This document shows positions 1 through 10,502 of a DNA stretch of 33,209 nucleotides, piece after piece. Both the position numbers and the translations under genes were made by a program. Position 1 is the first letter of the stretch; the number at the start of each line of letters is the position of its first letter. The DNA is taken from assembly GCF_000743755.1 (NCBI RefSeq), contig NW_014569450.1, forward strand, positions 1-33,209, read 5' to 3'. The notes below the pieces were generated by a model that was not told the DNA's origin, did not search any database, and saw only the letters and a list, made by a program, of their open reading frames with translations. The DNA comes from Blastocystis sp. subtype 4. Its lineage: Eukaryota.

Positions 1-1
1 G

Positions 2-79
2 GATGGATATGGAGGAATGACAATCAGTCCTTCAGCAGATGAATTGCAATATGAAATGAATCAATTGAAGCAACGATAA
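2..79 (+). CDS. 3' end of an unidentified gene (partial)
   Basis: Open frame DGYGGMTISPSADELQYEMNQLKQR ends at TAA 77-79, followed by TGTTTGTT at 82-89. Confidence 0.6.
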   Translation, partial: DGYGGMTISPSADELQYEMNQLKQR

Positions 80-81
80 TG

Positions 82-89
82 TGTTTGTT
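82..89 (+). promoter_or_regulatory. GU-rich polyadenylation element TGTTTGTT
   Basis: Exact Blastocystis-type element, 4 nt after the T (77) of the upstream stop codon. Confidence 0.75.
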
Positions 90-170
90 CAAGACTAGAG
101 CTCTTTCTGCTATATATGTGTGTTAAGATACTTTGGAATGAGTGTTTGTCATTGAGTTAATTAGATTCGA

Positions 171-178
171 AACAAACA
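171..178 (-). promoter_or_regulatory. GU-rich polyadenylation element TGTTTGTT (eIF3c)
   Basis: aacaaaca on the + strand, about 25 nt downstream of the inferred eIF3c TAG (204-206). Confidence 0.75.
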
Positions 179-203
179 CTCTGAATAACCACCATAAACG
201 ATT

Positions 204-3200
204 CTATTTCCCAGTCCTTCCTTTGTTTTCTCGAGTCTTGATTAGATTACTTCGTTGACCAAACACACCCACAGTTCGTCTTCCTTTGTTTCCCTTTAAT
301 TCTTCCCTCTTCTCTCCATACAACTCATCCTTCACACGTTCATTTGCCTCCGACAGTTCCTCCCCTTCTCCAACAGCTGGAGTGACAACACATCCACACG
401 TGAAGGCAAAGTATCCTCAAATAACAGAAGGGAAGCATCCTCATTCCATGCTGCATTCAAGAAGCCTTGTACAATCAGGATATTCACTTCACTACGCACA
501 CTACTCTGACTACAATCAAACATAGCCATCAACAGGTCCATTGCTACTGCCTGATATGTAGATGCATGACGAATCAGGAACGCTTGTAATGCCAATACCT
601 GGAACTTCTCACGTAACATCGTTAACAATGCCTCGCGTGATGCAGTAGGGAATCCTGACCATGCTGTAATGGTTTGAATATGCTTCATTGCTGTTCTCCA
701 GTCACCATGCTACATATGAGAGGAATGAATCATCTCAACCAGAATACACTCGTATGCTGCCATTACTCGAGTCACATTTGTCTCAGGAGATGCAGTAGCA
801 ATCTGATGTTGATATCGTGCATAGTATCGCTTGAATGTCGCTGACACCTTGTACAGATTGGTAAGCTGAGATGAATCAACACTCTCATACCTACATCGGC
901 TAACATATATCCAGGATCCATAAAGAAACAGGATAACAAATAACATACCTCCACACAGTCACAATTCATCCACTATTCATCATTCCATACACTCATATCA
1001 ACCATATGAGCAGGAAGTTTCCTTCGCTCTTCATTCACACGCATCTCTTCCTCTCCTGGTCGTTGATCATGTGTAGCATCACTGCCCTGACCCAACAACA
1101 CTCGTAATACTCCATTACGAGATCCTGTGTTCACCAGATCATCCAGACAGTTATGTGCGTACACCATCAGTCCTGATCGGAAGGCTGCCAGACCCAGCTG
1201 AGTCATCGCACGATTGAACAGGATCATTGTCTCCACACCTGCTGTACTCACTCGCTCCTGAAGATGGGTCATCAATAACAAATCTCGTGCTTCAGTGAAA
1301 CGGTCTTGTAATGCCAGGTGATATACTTGACAGAGAGCTGCCTGTTGCTGTTGTTGGAGTGTTCCATAACGATACACTATACCACACAGAGTCTTCAATT
1401 GACTCAATAGAGATGTGACAGGGATGTCTCCATATACTCGCTGTTGCAATCTACGATATCCCTCCTCAGTGAGATAATATCTGTCCTTCAGATCTCTCTT
1501 TCATATCCTACAATAGTTTCACTTGAATCAGAGCGAGTTGAGTTACAGTATGAACATCCTTTCCTTCAAGATATCTCTGTACACGAGCAGCCAACTCTCT
1601 CACACGCACTTCATCCTCAAGTCGTTTCACATATCGCACACAGTGTACATCCAACCCACGAAGACAACATGTCAGATCTTGGACCAGAAGTACCACATAT
1701 GAACACAGATCTCCTTCGATTAGAGCAGGTGTGTTCATATTGTTCAAATCTTCCACCTCTCTTGGGATCCGTTCCTCCACATTACGAATGGCCTCATGGA
1801 TGTTATAGAAACCGAGACTCATATCAGAATGAGTTTCCAGCAAGTTCACCTACATTGAAGAATCCACTGAGTCCTACCATCTGTTGTACCTCGCTGTACG
1901 TAGTTTGCCACTGTGTATCCTCCATAGCCATTCCTGTTGAGATCATGGCGATTTGACGACTTACCAGATGTGACAATACACGCAACTCATATTTCACACC
2001 CAGCTCATGAGCAAAAGGAAGAAGACGTTGTAAGAATCCAATAGAGGCTGGTGTGTCTATACATCATTCCTTCTCATCTACACTCACTTCGACGCTCCTT
2101 AGCAGACAATATACTCAACACAGCTTGGATTAGCTTCTCTGGAGTCTCATACGTTTCTTCTTTGACCTCTTCTGGTACAGCTTCAGCTTCATCTTCAGCT
2201 CGTTTCTCGTCATCCTTCTTTCGTTTCTCTTCCTCCTTCTTCCTCTTCTCCTCCTCCCGCTGCTTCTTCAAAGCCTCCTTTTGAGCCTCTCGTTGAATAT
2301 CACTTGGTTGTAATACCCACTTCGCACGACCTGTCAGCTTCGGATTCACCTCCACCTCACTATCACTGCTGCTGCTATCGCTACCAAACTCACTATCACT
2401 TGAGTCATCTGAATCACTGCTTGTCTCATCTGAGTCATTCTCTGATCCACTCGTTGCATATGATTCCTCTTCATACGATTCACTCTCATCAGATTCACTC
2501 TCATCCTCTGATTCACTGTCTGAACCACTATCATACTCCGAAGTGGATTCTTCTTCACTTGACTCTTCTGATTCCTCTTCACTCTCTTCTTCACTCTCCT
2601 CAGGAGGATTAGCACGGAATGATTCCACAAGTGGAGCAAACTCCTCATTCTTCAACTCCTTCTTGATTGCTTGCTTCAGACGGTTGTAAGCCATAGCATT
2701 CGGTTTTGATAATGCTTTCTGCTCAGCCTTCGCAAGTCCATTCACACCATCTTCGATATGCACAAACTCACGCACATATTGAATTGGATAGCCCTAAACA
2801 TCACTTCCTTTCTCCTCACCTACAGTATCACTCAACACTTTTCCATGGTCATCAATCAGTTTCTTCATTGTGTCAAAGTCTAGACCATTAAAATTCCATA
2901 TAGAACTCACCAGTACTCAATTGAACCCAATTGTTGATTCGTTGGTCATTCTTTATCTTCTTTACGATATCCTTCAGTTCATCAAGATATCGCTCTCTAA
3001 AAAGAATCACTCTAATCTCATTTCCCACTTTGGCGGTCTCACAACTCGTTTCTCTTCTTCACTATCGCTTTCAGAGACCACAACATATTTGGATTTCGTT
3101 GTAGGCTTCTTGGACACCTCTTCCTCAGTGGAGTCACTGTAGGAATCATCTTCCTCAGAGTCATATTCAGAACTGGATGCTGCCCAGAAACGATTCTTGC

Positions 3201-3210
3201 TATTTGACAT
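204..3210 (-). CDS. EIF3C: Eukaryotic translation initiation factor 3 subunit C (multi-exon; apparent 1-nt frameshift near 362-365)
   Basis: N-terminal RFW plus acidic tract; RVVRPPKERYLDEL after removing a 32-nt intron (2997-3028); KPNAMAYNRLKQAIKK; CQVYHLALQDRFTEARDLLLMTHLQE; ILFNRAMTQLGLAAFRSG; ERRKLPAHM; PCI region; C-terminal LSLQLLEK..ELSEANERV. Confidence 0.93.
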
Positions 3211-3441
3211 ATTAGGTGTCTAGAGCCACAGATTGTGGAGAATTGAATCAGTCTTTCAATCCCCTCAGAATTAACAAAAAACCGTAGGTGCTGAAATTAC
3301 TATTCGTTGTATGTTGACTACAAACCAGGATAGAATTCACGTTTTTTGTATCAAAATGGTCAGTAATCCACAATTTGAGTTGTTCGTATTTGTTTCATTG
3401 ATCTGTTGTTTCCACGTTATTCTTTTGTGTATTGCATTAGA

Positions 3442-4980
3442 ATGAATTACGCAGAGTCTGTAAGTGTTGGGGAGAACGTCCATGCCATCCTTCAACGCTT
3501 TCGATACTCAACAAATATGACGAACTATTATGAATATAGACCAAAGGAAAAAGCTCTTCATGCTCTTTTAATTGTTCCTGGATATGTGGTATGTATTTGT
3601 TCTTTTGTTCTTGTAATATTTGACGATATCTCGTATGAAATGATTCGTTTGTTTCGTGTAAAAAAAGGGAGGATTGCTGAAGAAGTGAATCTGCATTCTC
3701 TCAAGCATAATATGAATCTCGATCTCTCGGTAGAGGGTGATCACTGGGAAGGAGATGTCTTAGGAAAGAATCCCTGTGGCTGGGGATCTCTGTACAACGA
3801 AGACAACTATTTGATCTATCACGGCTGTATGATTCTTTCAAATCGGATGTGCTATGGGGAGGATTACTATCCAACCAGTAATCCCTTATTGCGGTATGCA
3901 GGTGGATGGATTCAAAATAAACACATGGGTTATGGGCGTCTATATGATTTACATGGAGAAATACTGGCTGAAGGAAATTGGATCAACGATTCGTTAAAGG
4001 AGGTGTCATCTGTGGTAGTCACTTCAAAGTTATTATTAAATACAACATTAGACTCGCTTGTAGTCAATTTAGTGATTGCAGATAATACATGCAACTTTGT
4101 CAGAATGAAAGCACTGAACTTGTCCTATTTGGAGTCTCTTCGTACTCTAACAATTGGAGAGAAGTGTTTTGCCAATGTTACCGTTTTTTCTCTATCAAAT
4201 CTCCAATATCTGAATTCTATTACCATTGGATCCAAATCATTCAATTGGAAGTGTACTGGAGAGGAACGAAATCGTTGCATTTTCAGCATTACTTCTTGTC
4301 ATTCCCTCCATACAATTATTATTGGAGCCAAATCATTTTGTGACTATCAGATCTTTGTGATCGAAGATCTTCCTTCTCTAACTCTATTATCTATTGGAAG
4401 TGATGGATCTGGAAAGAACTGTTTCGATGAATGCCCTGTATTCACTCTCAGCGCTTTGCCTTCTTTAAAAGATGTCATCATTGGGGAAGGCTGTTTCAGG
4501 TTGGTTCATGATGTCAGTTTTATTGGTAATTGATGGAAGAAGTAATTATGTTCAGATTTACTGCAGTTGGAACGAATTGTTGTCAATAAGAATGCTTTCT
4601 CTGGAGATAACTCAAAGGAAAGAATGACCATTCATAACCCTCCTTATAACTTTATGAATACCCTTAAGATGCTAAGTAATGATGTTGTTTCTTGTTCATG
4701 TAGATCTACCAAAGTTGAATGATTTTTCAGTTTGTCTTGGAGGATTCTTTAATTTTGGATATGTCATTTTGCAGGGTAAGGTTGTTGGAAGTACTCAATC
4801 AAAGGGATTGCTCAATATGTGCAGTGTAACTTTGATCAATATGTATTTTCCTTTATATGTTCAGTATCAAGCGATCGTTTGCATTAGATATGGGATTGAT
4901 CTCTAGGAAAGACTTCTCTATCAACAGCAATTAAAGACAAGTCAAGAGAGAGGAAATATGATGAATGTACCATTTTTTAG
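3442..4980 (+). CDS. MORN-like repeat plus leucine-rich-repeat protein with C-terminal CaaX box (CTIF); start uncertain (upstream ATG at 3356 possible)
   Basis: WEGDVLGKNPCGWGSLY / YAGGWIQNKHMGYGRLY MORN-like units; repeated LxxLxIGxxxF LRR units; four ~29-nt introns after 4526 give ...RERKYDECTIF*, TAG at 4978-4980. Confidence 0.75.
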
Positions 4981-4983
4981 TGG

Positions 4984-4991
4984 TGTTTGTT
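4984..4991 (+). promoter_or_regulatory. GU-rich polyadenylation element TGTTTGTT
   Basis: Lies 4 nt after the TA of the TAG stop (4978-4979) and only 19 nt before the next ATG (5011). Confidence 0.75.
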
Positions 4992-5010
4992 CAAGTTCAT
5001 TTTTCAATCC

Positions 5011-6400
5011 ATGCCAGATGTATTTTTTTAATCTCCCTTATAATTTGTAGATTCTTTATGAGACGTCCAAGGAGAATCAAGAAGATTTGCCTAGTATTGG
5101 ATACTCTCTGAAGATAACATCTGAAATGATGGATCTATTGCTAAAGTCATTAACAGAGGGGAATGAATGTTATATTCAGATGGATAGTGTTGATGATGGT
5201 GGAAGTGGTGTATTCTATCTCATTCGATGCTGATAAATAGCATATCCAAATTGATGACAAGTCGTTTGGTGTTTCTGTAAGTCTCAATCCTTATGTTACA
5301 GAGGTGGCGTCTTTGAACCTAGAAAAAACAAAATTTTTGTTTGTAATATCTTAGAAATCTTGTTACTGTAGGATGAGGAAGTAGTGGGTGTGATTCAATC
5401 AAGTGTATCTGAGGAAGAAGAGAAGAAAGAAATTGACTTAACTTCAAAACCGCTATCAAAAGGAATGGGAGCCCCAAAACGGCATCCATCTTCTCTACTC
5501 TCAAATATCTCCTCTTCCTCTCTTTCAGAATTAACCATCGTCAATCATATAGTTCATACCCTTCTCCTTCATGACAATATATCAATGGATGAGGCCCTGA
5601 GATTGATCGAGACTTCGTTGCAGTCTGACTCTATTTCATTGACAGACATAGATCGTGTTTCTATTGAACAACAACTTCTAACTATGTGCTCGCAGAAAGA
5701 TTCCAAACTATCGTTGCTTCCAGAGAAGATTGCTACGTTAGCTCCGACCTCCTTTATTTGGAATGAAGAGGAAGAAGAACAGATTATGAAACGAATCAGT
5801 TCTACGAAAGGGCAGCAATCCAATTCTTCAGAAATCATAGACAAAGGAAATGCTGCAAAAGAAACAGATGAACCAAAACCGAAACGAACGAGAAGAACTC
5901 GTTCAAAACAAATTGAGGAATCATCATTATTAAAGGAACTCACCTTGACGATTCCCAATCATGTCCTTCGTTATGATGGATACCTATTGACTCCAGATTT
6001 AATAAATAGCATGAATACAAATATGGGACTTTTCATGGATTACAAGGAGAGAGTGAAGAATGAGGATATGGAGTAAGAAGAGACTGAACTAATTTGATGT
6101 AGGACTGATTTGATGATGAAGTTTAATGCAAATTGTGTAATATTAAAGAGGATTCTTGAAAAGCGATTGAAACAGCATCAAGGAGAATTGAATGAAATTG
6201 AGGAAATGAGGAAGAATATATCTGGAAGTGATCAGTTCCTTGTCCAGACATATATGAATCGATTGAAGGAAATGAGATCAGGAGTTGAATTGAGAGATTT
6301 AGATTATTTGTAGGATCTAACTATGATCGATGAATACTTGAATAAGCAGAAGGTGTTTCTCGAAGAAATGTTTCCTAATCTCTATACATTCTCTGTTTAA
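5011..6400 (+). CDS. Hypothetical protein, possibly a divergent ELL-family RNA polymerase II elongation factor
   Basis: Spliced MPD/ILYET...YSLKITSEMMDLL...HIQIDDKSFGV; central IVNHIVHTLLLH...IEQQLLTMCSQKDSKLSLL...WNEEEEEQI resembles the ELL winged helix; helical C-terminus; genomic TAA at 6398-6400. The ORF is confident, the family call is tentative. Confidence 0.5.
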
Positions 6401-6410
6401 CAAATAATAC

Positions 6411-9224
6411 ACAATTCCTTCACTTTCTTCTTAGACTTTTGGGAGAAGAGAGTGATAAACATACTAATAATAACAGAAACTAGTACAGATCGTATTAAAA
6501 CTTGCTTATAGTTAATATCCGCAATGTGACTTCGACATCGTTGGACTTGATTGTACTGAATCAACTGTAAAATCCATTGAATTCTACTAATGAAAGATTT
6601 CTTCTTCTTATACCTTCGTAGAATCGTTTGGGCATCTCGAAGATACTCATCTCCTGAATCGATATCACTTACATTTGAAATCGAATTGACTGTAGTCTTG
6701 AAACTTGTTTCTAACAATACTATCGTTTCCTGGTATACATGATCAATGCGTCCGTTCCACTTCTGTAATTCATCCTATTGCTAATTCAATGGAATCATCA
6801 ATACAATCACATCATTATAGTCGGAGATCAGTAGTTGCAACATCACAATCAACTTGCTCTTTCGCATAATGTCCAGATGAAATGAACTATATACATGATT
6901 TACAGAGAACACACGATCCACAGAACCAATAGAACGATATATGCAATCTTCTGTCAGAGGAGCAATGCGTGTATGAATCTGTTCTCCAAAATACAAATTC
7001 AATCTTGTATTGGACAATAATTCAAATACACAACTCAATAAAGGAGCCATAATATCGTGAAGATTATAGTGCATTGGTAATTCATTGACAAAATAAGGAC
7101 TATTTGTTGACATTAACTCATTCTGAATAGCAAAAATCATCTGATTTTGACCATCTGAGTGATATACAACCAACTCACTTTTGTCAAAAAGAAGTGGTCT
7201 TTTGGATGTTCCCGTCATACAGAAGATATAGATCTGAATATCCTTACTAGTCATAGCATGATTCTTACTCCTCAGTACATCAAAAAGCACAGACGAATTC
7301 ACATACGATTGTTGTACAGGGAAGATTGTTCGACGATAACTGAGATGAGGTATGATAACCGAAGTGGTTGCTTGAAGAAGTGCTGATTGCAAATGTGGTT
7401 CATTCTCAAGTTTCAATTCTTGAAACGAAAAGTAAAACTCTTGAGATGGGAGCTTCAATCGTTCAACTTCATTACGAAACACACTATAATCAAAATAGTT
7501 TTCATCCACTGTAAACAAATCTTCAAAATCAGCTCTTGTGAAGTAGTTAACCTGAAAATGGAGTTTCTCTTTGGTTGAAGGAAAACGAGTTACAATATGT
7601 GAGAGAGAAGAGAGTAAACCCTCGACAGTGGTCGGGGTATTGGTTACTGGTGCCGGAATAGATCGACTGAATAATGAAGACTCGGGAGAGGGTGGACTAA
7701 GGACAAACGGTGGAGTGACAAAATGACTTATAACATCAGAAAGGATTCGTGAGAGTCGAATAGTAACCTCCATCTCTTCGACTGATAACCGACTATCTAA
7801 TGAGGTTGGATCGGTTGGAGGATAAGCCTTTTCAAGCATAAGAAGAGAATGATAATATCGAGAATAATCTCCAACATTCATATTGCTTCCAAATTGGAAT
7901 ATCTGAAGTATTGATTTGACTTGTTCTTCATCTACTGAACATTGAGAATTGTGTTCTCGAGCACAAGCTCGAGTTACACGATGATGAATGAATTGAGCAT
8001 AGTTTACAAAGACTTCTTGAGTTGTATTAAAGTAACGTAGACTCGATGAATAGTTTCCAGCGAAGAGGAGACTTTCCTTGGTTCGGATGTTAGACTCATC
8101 ATGAATCGAACCCCATTCAAATGGACCAGCACAAACATCAAGAATAAAGAACTGATCAATGAAGATATAATCACTCACAACATGTGTACCTTCAATCATA
8201 TTCACCAACTCATCATTCATTACAATATCATTATTGAGCACTTGCTTCATCTCTACAAGAAGTCGTTTCTGTTCATTCTTGTTATAAGCATGTTGAAGGA
8301 GCTCTAGGCTCCGACGAATACGTGCTATGGAGCTTCGACTCCGTTGCGATGCAAGATTCTCCTTCAGAAGACTATCACGTTTATAAGCCCACATGAAGGA
8401 GAGTTCACGCCAGTCAAATACACAGTAATCTGAGGACACTGAATGAGCAGCCGGAATGGGATGGAGACCTTCATCCAAGGAAGAGTCATCTTCGGGAGTT
8501 TCGAATTCGTCAGAAAATGTGAGTGGTTCTGTGAGAGGAAAGACAAAATCGCTAATGGCAAAGTCACTTCCTTCTCTGAAGATCTCATCGATCATCTTTT
8601 GCATCTCTGTATAGGAAAATTCCGTGCTAAAACCGAACGTACCTCCCACATCCACTTGAGAATTTAGGACCAAAATAATGAGGTCTTGGTCGTTGGGTAC
8701 AGGCTGATTGGAGTTCTGACTTACATAATCGAAGAGATTTCGAAGCTCCCTAACGATCTCATAGGGATTAATCACTTTCACATTCATCAAATTCATATCT
8801 ACGTCTCGGTACACAGATTCCATCACATGTCGAAGATATACTTCAACAAGCGGATTCACTTGAATAAAGTGATAGTGAATAAGGTAATCGATATGACTTC
8901 CATCCTTTTCCTGAATATTGTGTCCTTTGACTTCGAGAAAACGCTGGATCTTGTGACTACTCAACTTCTCCAAAATCCCATTCTGAATAGATGAAAAGTC
9001 GGAGTTAAAGCGATCAAAACCAAGAAGCATGAGATTTACATCCACTTCCACTTGAACATGATCGAAGTGAGAAAAAGATGTCACATTCGGTTCTTCAGGA
9101 GTCTTTAGATTATATATCAAATGTCGCAAGTTACTTCTTCTTCTGTTCCATCAGCATTCCGGTGTGAGAATGCACAGCACACGAGAAACATGCAAAGCAC
9201 GAGTTTCAGATGTTCTGACAGCAT
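6411..9224 (-). CDS. Large type I membrane protein (signal peptide, long luminal domain, C-terminal TM, KxKxx tail)
   Basis: MLSEHLKLVLCMFLVCCAFS signal peptide, 32-nt intron, then the 782-aa ORF (VNLMLLGF, ILDVCAGPFEWG); TM SVLVSVIISMFITLF; tail QKSKKKVKEL. Stop probably made by poly(A) at T6411; the genomic read-through stop is at 6397. Confidence 0.75.
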
Positions 9225-9362
9225 TTCTCACTGTAGTCGTGAAAGGAGTGGGACCGCAAAAAAGGGTATCCACAACCATGATGGCGAAATGGTCATAGAC
9301 CCGCGGGAAGGAAAAATCTTAATCGAAAACACATTCATCTGTAGAATTAGATCATACGTGCA

Positions 9363-10456
9363 ATGTCAGGAATTAGTAGGATGCTGTATTGAGTAGTACT
9401 AATGGATAGTTGCTCAGCCTGGTAGTATTAAGAAGGTTGCTGTTGCAGCACTCTTCAAGCTCAGATCTTCGGGTTTTGATAAGGAAGAATGTAAAGAATG
9501 CCTGAAATCCCTCCCTGATGATCTGGAGGCGGTAAGTTCTTCTTCTTTTTCCTAAGCGTAATAGTACGTTGCATGGTTGAAAGAAAGCATGGAGAAGAAG
9601 CTGAAAGAGATTGAGTTGTATGTAATGACTCAAAAGAAACAGAAGGCCCTAGATAACATTAACTACCGTATGAGAGGCGATAACACGCTTGCTATGATTG
9701 AGGTGCTCACTCCTATAGTTGAGAAGGTGAAGAAGGCTTATGTATGGATAGATGTTGGTTGTAATCGGTAGAAGAAAATTTTGAAGGAAGACGATATTCC
9801 CAAGGATGTTAAAGAAGAACTAACAACCGTTTTGTATCTGGTTGATATGCTCAACATCACGAACTGGAACAAGCTGAAGAAGCAGCTGCTGTTCAAGTAT
9901 GGAGAGGATTGGATGGAAAAGGTTATGGAAACGCGCAAACATGTCAATGAGAAGATCCTTGAGTTTGTTGACTACAAAGTAATAGATTGGATGAAGCTTT
10001 ATGGAGTAGCCAAAGGAGAAGATTGTACGTGATAAATACAAAGAATACGAGGATGCTTGGAAACTTAAGTTGAAGAAGGAGGAGGAAGAACTTGATATTG
10101 AAGAGCTGGATGAGGATGTTGAGACTGAATCAGATACCCAAATTCGCGATGTTCACAACTTGGACGACATTGATTCAGATAGTCTATCTCCAAGAGCTGA
10201 AGTGAAGAAACACGTGAAGAAATCCTTGAAGAAGGCGGATTCAAGCTCATCGGACTCTGACTCGGATTCGAATTCAGATTCAGACTCTGACTCGGATTCA
10301 GACTCGGATAAGAAAAAGCCCAAGAAATCTGCCAAGAAGGAGAAGAAGGCAGAATCGAGCTCAGAGTCTGATTCGAGCTCCGAGGAAAAGAAATCCTCAA
10401 AGAAATCGAAGAAGGTTGAAAGTTCGGATTCTAGCTCTGATTCAAGTTCCGACTAA
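9363..10456 (+). CDS. IST1: IST1-like regulator of Vps4 (ESCRT-III associated) with Ser/Asp/Lys-rich tail
   Basis: Spliced MSGIIAQPG...SGFDKEECKECLK...RMRGDNTLAMIEVL...KEELTTVLY...LKKQLLFKYGEDW...VNEKI follows the Ist1 pattern (GFxxxKCK, LxxKYG, VNxK); TGTTTGTT at 10475-10482. Confidence 0.65.
10238..10453 (+). repeat. Low-complexity coding repeat (Ser-Asp)n with Lys-rich spacers
   Basis: Imperfect tcggac/tctgac/tcagat hexamers encoding DSSSSDSDSDSNSDSDSDSDSDSD...SSDSSSDSSSD. Confidence 0.7.
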
Positions 10457-10502
10457 TTGCTTTTGTACGCCATTTGTTTGTTCTTGAAATTTTCTACAGG
10501 GA

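Noticed and set aside
1444..2612. + strand ORFs (170, 77 and 102 aa), including a His-rich one
   Set aside because: Antisense to eIF3c; the His/Ser richness mirrors its acidic GAx-rich tract.
10245..10310. Hexamer repeats as a possible CRISPR array or satellite
   Set aside because: They are synonymous-variable Ser-Asp codons inside a CDS, with no repeat-spacer structure.
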